Shown piece by piece: positions 1 through 10,907 of a stretch of DNA of 49,310 nt (its first letter is position 1; each line of letters begins with the position of its first letter). Below the pieces are notes generated by a model that saw nothing but the letters and a program-made list of their open reading frames with translations, searched no databases and had not been told where the DNA came from. This stretch comes from Vicugna vicugna (taxonomy: Eukaryota). The position numbers and the translations under genes are program-made. The stretch covers positions 1,220,995 to 1,270,304 of the forward strand of contig MU058645.1 of NCBI GenBank assembly GCA_013265495.1, read 5' to 3'.

Positions 1-1904
1 GAGTAAATCATCGCCCCCACCCTTGTTGGGCCCCATCAGTTTGGGACTGAGCCTCAGACTCCAAGGTCTTCGCTCTGTCCTCTGGAGTGGCACAGGGTAC
101 ATCTAATCCCTGCTAGTATTTTAGGAGCATGACCCGATCCCTCTTGCATGGCCCCGCTCCCTCTCCTGTGCACTCTTTACAGGGTGGATAGAAACGCTTG
201 CTGTGTCTGCCCCGCACCGGGCCCAGCGGCGTTTGCCTGCCTTGGATGAAATAGTCTGTTTCATCACGGCTGGCTCTTGCCGCTGGTTTTGTCTAGCAGC
301 ATGGTCACAGCCCGAGCTCGTGGTCAGCCGAGTGCGTCCACCCCTTCCCCGTCCCACACGAATTGCCACTAAGCCTGCTCCCTGTTATTCTCTACTGAGG
401 CCACTTACTTATTGTCAAACTCTTGCGCATCCTGTTAATTCATGTTTTACTTGGAGTCCTTATCCTAGCTGACTGATGTCTTTTTGAATTCCAGTTCTTT
501 CCTGTGCCTTTACATTTCCAAGCTTTCATTGTGCACAAGTTTAATATGTGAATATTTTGTGCTTCAAAAGCATAGATGAAAGTTTTCAGTAGGGGATCAC
601 AATTCTGAAAGTTTTCCATGAGCAATGATATCGAGCAAATAAGGAGTGTATAGTGGATAGTGGGAGCCGTGTTTCCCCTGTCGGAGAGGGAGGTTACAGA
701 TACTCATGGGGAGGGGCTGGATTAGAGTCCGGGACATCAGTGTGACCATCTAAGATACAGATGGAGCATCACCCAAGTCTTCTGCCTCTTCCCGAATTCA
801 CCCATCACTGCGATTCAGTCACTCTTCCCTCTGGCTTCCTTCGTGCTGTGTTCTCCTGGGCGTGACTGTCCCCCTCCTGGACACCAACCACATTCCTCCC
901 ACACCTCCTCACATGCCTTTAAGAAGCTTTGGAACCAAATTCCCTTCAGGGGATTCAGGACTCCAAGACACTCCAGCTATTTCAGCAACTCCTTGACATT
1001 TATGAACAGCTATAAAAAACATATGTATTCTTCCAGTTTTCTGGACTTTATTTGAATGTAAGCTTTTTGGGTTCAGGCTCTGTGTCCTTTAAGAGCTTCT
1101 TATTTTATTTACATACATGAGTTTGGTAAAATATTATTTGGATAACTTTTCCCATGTATGTGTAGCTTGGTAAAGTGGTGTTCAAACATACGTGTCCACT
1201 AAAAACAGTGTTCGTTTCTTCAGTTTGTCTTCACGTGGGTAACAGCTGCAAGGCCCCCCAGCCCACAGCAGGAGCCCCTCACTCACGTTTTCTTGGAGGT
1301 TTGTCCTCCACAACGTGGCTTCTGTCTCACTGCCTCGTCCAAAGTCTAAACCGCCTCCCCGGACATTTACCCAGCTGGGTTTGAACCAACTGCGCAAACA
1401 GAGATGCATAAAGCCCCCCGTGAGAGCTTTTGCTGCAGAGTATAGAATACAGCCCGGTCTGTGAGCTCTGTAACACCATCAAAAAAAGCTCTCGTTTCCA
1501 GAGCTCACTTTGTGCTTGGAAAAACCAGCCCCCACCCCAAAAGCCTGCTCTGCTCAGATGTAAGCCTTAAAAAAAAAATTGTCACAGTATTTCCTTTTCT
1601 CTCTCGATGATCAGCCTGTCGCCACGTCCTCAAGCCCTACCCATCCTCAACACACGTCTGTCTCTCCGTAGTTTACCGGAGGACGGTCCTCGGAATCCAG
1701 CGCCTTTGGACTGTATGTTAGCATTGTTGCTGCAGCGCCTCGCTAATGCCTTCTCTTTCTTTCTGAGTGTTTGGATGAAAAAGCAATGGTGTCTGTCAGT
1801 TTTCTGTGGTCTGAGCTGAGGGTGCGGGTCTGGGTTGGGCGAGGGGAGAAGGGGTAAGGCATCTCCAGCCTTCACTGAGGCCGCCGAGGGGCCCTGGTGC
1901 CCTG

Positions 1905-2035
1905 GTTTGTGTGAGAGTGTGCGTGTGTGTAGGGGGGGAGGTGGTATGTGTGTTAATGGTGTGTATGTGCTTGTGTGTCCACAATTTTGAGTGTGTGAGT
2001 ATGTGAGTGAGACAGTGTGAATGTTTATGTGTCTG

Positions 2036-2074
<39 letters not shown>
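1905..2074 (+). repeat. (TG)n microsatellite: degenerate TG-rich tract ending in a perfect (GT)18
   Basis: Perfect GT repeat at 2039-2074, with imperfect TG repeats from ~1905. Confidence 0.95.
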
Positions 2075-2077
<3 letters not shown>

Positions 2078-2319
2078 CAGTCAGCCACCAGCTTTGGGGA
2101 GGCCCTGCTCCCAGCCGGCTGGGACCGTGGAGGTGGGCACTGAGGGGCTGAGGGAGGAGGGAGGCGGCTCTCGGTCCCAGACTTCCTCACAACACGGCCG
2201 GCCGCTGCCCCAGCCCGGGGCCTCCCAGCAGTTCGGAGTCTGAGCTCCACGTCCCATTCTGAGCTCCGCCACCCTCCCTCCCAATTCTGCCAGGGCCTCC
2301 TCACCCCGCCAGGAACCCA

Positions 2320-2435
2320 GACTTTCTTATCTGTAAAATGGTGATGATGCCAACTGCAGAATGAGAACAAGTACGTGAGGCTGAGATGAGACAGAAGATG
2401 CGGGAAGGGGCTGTGCTGGTGCAAAGCACTTGAAG
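2320..2435 (+). mobile_element. MIR SINE fragment
   Basis: Core-like 'tttcttatctgtaaaatggtgatgat...gtgaggctgagatgaga...aaagcactt'. Confidence 0.6.
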
Positions 2436-5400
2436 ATTACGGAGTGTTTCCCTCTTCAGGGTCCTGTGGCGCCAGCACCTCTTTGCATCCGGCGTACAAT
2501 GTATGTGACAGCAGAATGTGGCCTGTTTCTACTTTTCTCCGATGCTGAAGAAATGAGCAGAGAAAGGAAAAGTGTGTCGCCGTGAACTGTCCGCTGGCCC
2601 AGAGGCTGCCTGGTGTGTTGGAAATTCCCGTTTCAGGCCGAGCTGACCCCTGGGCTACCCGGGGTAGGACGTGCTTTGATCAACTTCTCGATGTCTTGAA
2701 TTGATGGCTTTGAATTGATCTATTGATTTTTAAAAAGTCATTTATCACTGTCACTGGGTCAGGATAAAGCACTCCATTCACCTCCAGTTTGGCCAGCATC
2801 ATCCGTAATAGATGTTCCGCTGATTCTTCCGGTGACTAATCTCATGGCGTAATCACAGGAGGGCTTCAGCACGGTCACAGCTCTGGTCCCTGCCCAGAAC
2901 CAAGGCCCCGCCCCTCCGCTGGACCCGTCCACCTGGGCTCTTGACTCTTTCTGCTTGGGAAGGGCTGGCACCTCAGTGCTGCCTCTGGGGCACAACCGCC
3001 AGCTGCCCTCACGGAGGGGAGGCCTGGGGCCGGGGGCGGCAGAGCCTGGGAAAGCACCGCCACCGTCCGTGCCCGCAGCTCCTAACAGTCCCCTGGCCGA
3101 GAGGCCGGCTGAGTCAGCATCCTCCTGACGCCCAGAGCCCCGTTGAGAAACAGGGGAAATGCGGTCATCGGCAGTGGAGATTCACTTCCTCTGCACGGCT
3201 GTAGCCAAGCAGGGAAAACCTGTACGTCGAGCCTCAGTGCCCCTGAGCGCCTTTGCGATTTTCATCCCCGCTAGCAGAGCCCCGGCCGCACACACCACGC
3301 ACAGATGGAAGCCGGGGCAAAGCAGCACACGTGTGTGCACACACACACACCCGGGGACGCCTGTTCCCCCAAAGCCCTGCCCAGTGCGGGCTTAGCCGTC
3401 CGTCCACGTTTCTCCAGCTGGGCGTCGAGGTGGAAGGTCATCAGGTCTGCCGGGTTTGCAGTCTTCTGTGCTTCTGAATGCTTAGTCCCAGATCTCGGGG
3501 TTGTGTCCACAGCGCCTGGCAGGGGTGGTGGGCTGGGAGCTTCATGCCATGTAGGCATGTACTTTGGGGAAATGAAAGTTGGTCTCCAAGAATCAAAAAA
3601 GGAAATGAATCTAGCTGGCTGCGTGGCTTTCTTCACCCCTTCATTCGCTGGGGTGCCACCCCCCGGGCACTGTCTCGAGTCTCGTGTGCGGCTGCGAGGC
3701 GAGTCTTGTGTCTGGGACGTGCTTTCTGCGAGGCAGATCTGGGTCTCAGAACCACAGGGAGGAAACACACAAGCAAGTGTCTGATTTTCCTTCTTGTCCC
3801 CCCACGTTGAAAAGGCTCCAGTTGAAAGAAAGAACAACATATTCTTTCTCATGACTTTTTGAGGGCAAAAATATCTCCTGGGGACACTTCCTCACAAGTG
3901 CCATCTCAGTGCTGCAATGCTGACCGATGTGATTCCCGTTTAAAGCTCCTCTAAAAGACCGTGTTCCAACACCTCCTGTTTGCCCCTTTCTCCCAGTTTT
4001 CGTCTGCTACGTGTAAAAGAAGGCTACTTCTCTTAATAATTAATTACGATAGCTATTTAAAGCATTTGTAGCTATCATCAGAAGCTTCAGCCTTATTTAC
4101 CAAAGAGAGCTCCATTATTATAAATTTTGATTCCTACTGGTCTGAAAGAAACTTAAAGAAAAACTAATGAAATGTTCTTCTCAACCTGTATTTAAGCTCC
4201 ATAACAATTTTCCCCTCTGGAAAAAAAAAATCCCTTAATAATTATAGAGAGTGGCTAATAGTTCACACCCTCAAATTCTCGAAATTCCTATGCAAATTAC
4301 ATAAAATGGGCCAGTGCACATTCTTGCAAACAGGCCTGGGCAGTTGCAGAATTGAATGTGCAGGTTTTACGATCAAGTTTTTTGCTGCTGGACTCAGTGA
4401 AGACTTTGGTTTACTCTTGTTTCAGACAGTCAAACTATTACATTGTTTATAAACCCAGGATGGAGACACTTAGCTGTTTTCCGAGTCTCCCCCACCTCCT
4501 CCTCCCAAACCCTTGAGCGCTTCAGGAAGGAAAGTCCAGGCCAATATTCGTTGCTGAAGATGTTTGAAAAGAGTCAGGAATTCTGGTTTATCAGATGTTT
4601 CCTAGAGGTCTTACCTTTGTTTTGGCAACATTTTGGGGGATGTGATTTGCCTCATTTCCACTCAGAGGGTGTTACAGAAACGTAAAGCAAAGAGGTGACC
4701 TGAAATTTGTTTATTTTAATTAGAAAAAGATTCTCCATTTTCCAAGGCTTTGCCACAGCAGCGAATTTAATAGTATATAATTAACTCTAATGCACTTATG
4801 ATTTGACTTGTGAAAATCCTGTCAATGTAGATACTTCCGGGGAAAATGAAATGCGAGATTCCAGCCTGGTCATGGGTTTTGATTCTGATGGTCCCCCCTT
4901 AGGGGCAAACGCTGGAGGACGCCCTCTGTGGATTTTCTTAGGAGGGCTGCGCGGTGGGTACAGAGGAGGAGCCTGAAGGCACAGTGGCCCCCTAGCTCAG
5001 TGGAGCCTTTCTGGGCTGCAGAATCTGGACACATGAGCACAGAGACCTAGGAGAAGAGGCGTGGCAATGGTGAATCTGTTCCAGTGTCCCCGGGTCCTCT
5101 CTTCCCTGAACATCTTAGCAAGTCTTCATTTGGTAGATGCATTGCTGGGATGGCATGGCAGAGGAGGTCCGGGCAGAGGGACACAAGCAGGGAGCAGCCA
5201 CAGAAGGCTCACCAACTGACAAAATTCTCCTCTGCAACTTGGACATAGATCTGTGACCACCTCCCGGGCTGGACAGCTGGATGGGGACATGTATGTTTAT
5301 TTCTAAAGGAGCCACTGTAGAACTCAGCAAGATGCCACCGGGACACAGGAAGGGTGGAGGGGTTGCATGGGGCAAAAGACAGACCTGAGTTTATTGGGAA

Positions 5401-6526
5401 AGAAAATTGGTTATTTGCAAAATGCAGACACGAACGCCCTCTTTTTCTGATCTTGGTGAGGATGCGGTACTGCCCGGCTCTGACACTTCGAGGTGCTCAA
5501 CACATGGGGGGCGGGGTGTCACTAAGGTTTGGTGGTCCTGGGACAGACCCTTCAATCAGAATTATCTTCCCCACTGACCTGTGTCAATGAGTGAAACTCC
5601 TGTTACCACTCGTCTGAGAGATTATGTCCTTTGAAGGCTCTTGTTTAAACACAAACCAAGCTCCAGGGGCTGGAGGGAGGGGACTGGGAAAGGAAGCCAG
5701 TCCCAGCTGGAAACACCTTTGCTTGAACTGCAACTACCAGGTCAACCAGTCAGTTAATGAGCGGGACCCTGAAAACTAGACAAACTGCAGACCAGTTTGG
5801 AGGAATGGCACGAGAATGGCCTTAGGGAAAGAGACAGGAGAGTCCTGACTCCAAGGAGCTGATGGTTTAGGGCCGTGGGGGTGAAGAAGGGAGCTGGAGT
5901 TGGAATATGGCTGCTGGGGGAGGGCGGGGCCCAAAGAGCAAGTTACCAAGTGTCCAAAGGTTGTGAGGCTCAGGACACATGTACATTTGAACAGCAAATT
6001 AGCTGCTTTCAGATGATAAGCTCAGCCTATTGTTATTCAAACTCTGGTATTTCTCCAGGTAAAGAACGTCTACATTTAAAGCAACTGGTCCAAGTGTTAA
6101 CCTGAAACAAAGGTCAATATATATACTACAGGTATCAAGGAAGCCTGGAAACCAAAAAAGAAGTAGTAGATACACCTGCGGGAGTGCGAGAGGGCACTCA
6201 TTTCCATCTTTTGTGTATCAGTGGGAAAAGGTTCCTTCTTAACCAGCCTGCTGCGCCCTGAGCCTCCTAAATACACAGTCTAACGACACAGCCTCTGGCT
6301 CTTTGTGTCATGTAACCACCCCTCTCTGATCACTGAGCACTTTCTGCGTGCGAGGAACTGCGCCGGGTGCTAGGAAAGGCACAAAGCTTGAAAATGTGCT
6401 CCTCCTCCAAGGGACACCCAAGGAGTCTTCCCAATCGGTGGCCCTATTTTTTTTAGGAAACATCTTCCAGTCTCACCTGCCACAGTCTTAATGAGACCTA
6501 ACAAAAATCTGCCAGGTGACCTTAAT

Positions 6527-6687
6527 CCTGTTGTCCCAGACCTGGTTCCTGTCCGCCTGGGGGCGGACAACACTCTGCTGGGGGGCGCGGGGGCGGGGCT
6601 GCTCTGAGCACTGCAGGCTGTTCCCCCCCCACGTCGTCAGATGCCTCCCCGGGACGGAGGGAAACTGCTGCTGGTTGAGAACCACTG
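6527..6687 (-). mobile_element. MER20-like hAT-Charlie DNA transposon remnant (internally deleted)
   Basis: Ends in 'ggttgagaaccactg', the MER20-type terminus. Flanked by a degenerate 8-bp TSD, ACCTTAAT (6519-6526) / ACTTAAAT (6688-6695). Confidence 0.7.
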
Positions 6688-7040
6688 ACTTAAATAAGGA
6701 GAAGTTACTTTCTCACGTGACAAGGAGTCAGTCCAGAGATGAGGCAGCGGCTCCGGGAGTCACCGCGGACCTTGGCTCCTGCTGAGCGTGCCCACGGCTT
6801 CCGCATGTGCTCTCACGCCGGCTGCGGTGGGACGGCTGTGTCACCTCGGTGCTCAGGGAGGAAGGAGGGGCAGGGGGAGGAACCACGCTGGTTTTTCCAA
6901 AAGCAACCCCCCCCAAAAAAGACTTGTATTTACACTTCATTTGCTGGAGCCAGGTGTCGGGGCGCCTCCAGATAAAGGGGTTGTGGAGGCTCAGGTGTAT
7001 TTAACTGGCCACATAGCTCCTTCAGTCAAAGTGAGGACTC
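6688..7040 (-). mobile_element. Old ERVL-MaLR LTR fragment (MLT1J/K-like)
   Basis: 'gacttgtatttacacttcatttgctggagcc...aactggccacatagctcc' resembles antisense MLT1J/K motifs. Confidence 0.5.
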
Positions 7041-7050
7041 TGTCTCTGAG

Positions 7051-7484
7051 CGGTAGGGGCTGAGTTCTGTCCTCCCAGCCTCAGTTCCTATGTTAAGTCC
7101 TAACCCCTAGTATCTAGAATGTGACCCGATCTGGAAATAGAGCCATCATTGCAGGTGTGCTCTGTCAAAAGGAGGTCATTGGGTGGGCCCTTAATCTGCT
7201 ATAAAGGATCCGAAATGGGCATTTGGACACAGATGCGCTCGGGGAGAAGCCATGCAGATGGAGGCAGAGATCCTGGGATGGTGCTATGAGCCAAGGACAC
7301 CAAGACGGCTGCCCAGCCGCCGGAGGCCCGGAGACGCCTGGAGCAGATTCTCCCTCATGTTCTTAGCAGGAACCAGCCCCACCCACACCGTGACCTCGGG
7401 CTCCGGCCTCCAGGGCTGAAGGCTTCTGCTGTCTGAGCCCCCGTCTGTGACACGTGGATACAGCAGCCCCAGGGCAGTAATACC
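7051..7484 (+). mobile_element. ERVL-MaLR solo LTR (MLT1B/C-like)
   Basis: MLT1 hallmarks: 'gggctgagttctgtcc...aagtcctaacccc...gaatgtgacc...ggaaatag', 'gatggaggcagaga', 'gccaagga', 'cagattctccctca...ggaaccagccc', and the end 'gcagccccagggcagtaatac'. Confidence 0.85.
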
Positions 7485-8668
7485 AAAGGAAGACAAGGCT
7501 GGGGACACAAACAGGTGACCGGTAAAGTCGGCTCTAGGATCTGTGAGATAAACCAGCATTCTCAGAACACATTTCCTTTTCTGATTCAGCTAGACAGGAT
7601 GGGTTTTCTGGCATCTATGATGCAAAGCACCCTGATGAAGACAGACTCTCAGTGAACAGACAAGAGGCAGGCGGCTGTGATGTGCAACGTGTCAGGGCCG
7701 ACAGGAAGGTGCGGGCGGGTGATAAGACGCCTCGTTCCAGGGACTGAAAGACTGTTTCTGGCTGGTGAGTCAAGGAAGGCCAAGTGGAAGGGCTGGGCCT
7801 GGAAGACACAGGACTTGGCCGCCCGGAGACGAGGGAGAGCATTCCAGATGAAACAATGGTGCAAGGACTTGGAGGCAGGCACACAAAGGGCCTGTGTGAG
7901 GCCCAACTGCAGACTGTTTCACGCGGCCACCGGGTGGGAGGGACCCACGGAGAGCGAGCGGGACATTGTGACGGGCTTGGCGGCTGGTGAACCGTGGGCT
8001 TCAACCACACTCCTGAATTCCTGTGTGGAAGACCCCCACGTGAAAAATAAAGAATGGGAGATATTCTTCTGTTTCAGTCATTTCATTTTCGATACAGGTC
8101 TTCTTTGCAAAAGTTTCTGCAGGCTGGTTTCATGCTTTGTTTCTTTGTTTCCCTCCATCTGTTCTGTTTTTACACCCAAACATCCGTCTGGGCCGTGTTG
8201 AGAGCCCCTTGGATTCCTAAACGCTGACTTAGAACTGGTCTGGAATGAAACCTTGAAGGTTCCTTTGCCTGTCCTTTCCCACAATATTCATGGAAGAGCC
8301 TGAGAGGTTTAATGGTGTCTCTTTAATTAGCTCTGCTGGAGGAACAGAATGAAGCACCAGACGTCAGTGTCCTCAACTGCTGAAGATTCACCACTCGTGC
8401 ACGGAATGTGCGCTCACGGCTCTGTAAGGACCAGCCCCCAAACAAGAGTCAGCTCCCTCATCCCTGGTCTACGGTCATAGCATTCGAAGAAATGGACAGT
8501 CCCACATACTCGTTGACTAGAGGATGTGTTCTTTCAACAGCCGTTGCCATTTCCACAAGATCAAGACTTAGGGGACTGGAAGCCGAGTGGCAGAGAGAGC
8601 AGTAGAGGGGGCGCCTGGGAGGCAGGTTGTGGGGGGTCCAGTGTGCCTGACGGTTAAGCTGATGTCCT

Positions 8669-9335
8669 CAGCTTCCCAAATTCTGAGTCCACCATGAGCT
8701 ATTAATACTCTGTGTGTTAGTTTCCTATTGCTGCTGTGACAAGTTGCCACAAATCTAGTGACTCAACTCAAATGAGTTCTCTTCTAGTTCTGGAGGTCAG
8801 AGCTCTCAAGGGGTCCCCAAATCAAGGTGCAGGCAAGGCTGCATTCCTTCTGGAGGCTCCGGGGAGATTCAGCTCCTTGACTTTTCCAGCCCATGTGCCT
8901 TGACCAGTGGCCCTCCTTCCCCAAGGGCATCACTGCTCCCATGGTACCATCTCCTTTCATCTTTGACCTTCGTGCTTCTGTCTCAGGACCACTCTTGTGA
9001 TTATATTAGGCCCACCAGGAGAATCCAGGAAAACCTTCCCATCTCAAGACCCTTGACTTGATCATACCAGCAACTCCTTTTTGCCACAGGAGGTCTCATT
9101 TCACAGGTTCTGGTAATTAGGATGCACGCAGCTTTGAGGGGGTGTGTTGGTCTGTCTACCACACCCTGAGGAAAATGTCTTTCTTAACAAATACATTTGG
9201 AAACATTGGGTTAAAAAAGTGAACCAGGTCTCTTTATTGAAGAACTTTTTGGAGTTTTTAATGCGCTAGTGCACAGTGTAGAATCCGAGAGAGAAATGGA
9301 GTGGGCCGTGTTTCCCAGTCTGGTTTGACCAAAGA
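8669..9335. mobile_element. hAT-Charlie-type DNA transposon remnant interrupted by an MLT1 LTR
   Basis: 9170-9335 ('aaatacatttggaaacattgggttaaa...gtttcccagtctggtttgacca') resembles ancient Charlie/MER113-like elements. A short left part lies at ~8669-8712. Confidence 0.45.
8713..9163 (-). mobile_element. ERVL-MaLR solo LTR (MLT1C/D-like), full length with TSD
   Basis: Starts 'tgtgttagtttcctattgctgctgtgacaa' and ends 'tctaccaca' (TG...CA). 5-bp TSD CTCTG (8708-8712) / CCCTG (9164-9168). Confidence 0.88.
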
Positions 9336-10141
9336 TTCTACCCGTCCCTGCCCACTTTTATCCAAGTAAAACCGATTCAGGAGAAAGTGGGAACAGTCTC
9401 AGGAAATATGCTGTAGAGGAAGAAGTTCCTGCAAGGGGAGGGTCACGTCTGACAAAGTTTGGGGTGTGGCTTCAGCAGGTGATAGCCAAGAACGGTGGCT
9501 CCTGCGTTTTTGTACACACTGCTGCAGGATTAACTGAGCACTGGGAAGAGGAATTCCTTGTTCAGGATCTGAAATTTCATCTTGGAAATATCCAGCTAGG
9601 ATTCGCTTGACCTCAACTCCACCCTCCAAGGCTGCAGAGACTCAGTCCTTCCCTCCCTCGCCCACCCCTTCACTCAGTGGGGTCTGGGGAAGCTTCTGCA
9701 GGGACCCCCGTGGCCCCTCCCTGCCCACGTTCACCAGCTCTGTTCCGGCCCAGCCCTCTCTGCCAGTGCCACCCACCACTCTCGGCTAGAATCACAAACA
9801 GCTGTCTCCCCAGAATATCCCCAGCAGTCCCCCTCAGCTATGTATATTTCAGGAAGGTCGCCCAAGGCAGGGCTATAGGCCGGAGGGGCGGAGGCCAGCA
9901 CGTTCACTGCGAGTCACCAGGCAGGTGTTGTCTGAGGGTCCCAGGCCTTGCGGTTGGGTGGCGGGCAGGGTGGGCAGCACTTCTCTTCATGGTTGGGTTA
10001 ACTTACAGGACGGATGTAAGTTAATGGTGGCACTGGGAGGCCACTCCATGGCTCTGGTTAATTGACATGCACCTGGAACCACTCCATTGAGTTTCCCTGG
10101 ATATGGTGACTTCCTTGCCCTCCACGATCTGGTTTTAATGC

Positions 10142-10320
10142 CAACAAGGTCCCAATGTACAGCACAAGGAGATGTATTCAATATCTTGTAATAGCCTATA
10201 ATGAAAAAGAATATGAAGGGAAATATATATATATATATGTATACCTGAATCACTAAGCTGTACACTAGAAATTAACACAACACTGTAAATTGATTATACT
10301 TCAATAAAATAAATTAAAAA
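10142..10320 (+). mobile_element. L1 3' terminal fragment (cetartiodactyl/camelid type)
   Basis: 'aacaaggtcc...gtacagcacaagg...attcaatatcttgtaatagcctataatgaaaaagaatatgaa...gaatcact...ctgtacac...' with AATAAA at 10303-10308 and an A-rich tail. Confidence 0.9.
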
Positions 10321-10907
10321 AAAAGACACATGCACCCCAGTGTTCATAGCAGCACTATACACAATAGCCAAGACATGGAAGCAACCTAAATGCCCATCGA
10401 TAGAGGACTGGATAAAGAAGTTGTGGTATATTTATATAATGGAATTTTACTCAGCCATAAAACAGAATAAAATAATGCCATTGAGAGCAACATGGGTGGG
10501 CCTGGAGATCGCGTCATTCTAAGTGAAGTAAGCCAGAAAGAGAAAGCAAAATGCCATATGATATTACTTACATGTAGAATCTAAAAAAAAAAAGACACAA
10601 ATGAACTTATTTACAAAACAGAAACAGACTCACAGACATAGAAAACAAACTTATGGTTGAGGGATGGGGAAGAGGGTAGGGAAAGATAAATTGGCAGTTC
10701 GGGATTTGTAGATTCTAACTGCTGTCTATAAAATAGGCAAACAACAAGGTCCTCCTGTACTGCACAGGAGCTGTACTCAATACGTTGTAATGGCCTATAA
10801 CGGAAAAGAATAAGAAAAGGGATATATACACATGTATCACTGAATCACTGTGCTGTACACCAGAAACTAACACAACACTGTAAGCTGACTATACTCAATA
10901 AAAAAAA
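10321..10907 (+). mobile_element. 5'-truncated L1: ORF2 C-terminal remnant, 3'UTR and poly(A)
   Basis: ORF 10340-10522 (MFIAALYTIAKTWKQPKCPSIEDWIKKLWYIYIMEFYSAIK...) is the L1 ORF2p C-terminus, frameshifted near 10510. AATAAA at 10897-10902, followed by an A-run. Confidence 0.95.

Noticed and set aside
578..616. Short direct repeat TGAAAGTTTTC (two copies)
   Set aside because: Only two 11-nt copies, in what looks like decayed repeat-derived sequence; compatible with chance or a small duplication.
1630..2424. 264-aa minus-strand ORF, the longest in the track
   Set aside because: It runs through the (CA)n microsatellite (HTHTHT) and a MIR fragment. It is low complexity with no recognisable domain.
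3271..3852. 193-aa minus-strand and 159-aa plus-strand ORFs
   Set aside because: No recognisable domain; they overlap a (CA)n tract; no supporting splice or promoter context.
10340..10522. 60-aa ORF with protein-like sequence
   Set aside because: It is the frameshifted C-terminal remnant of L1 ORF2p, not a host gene.
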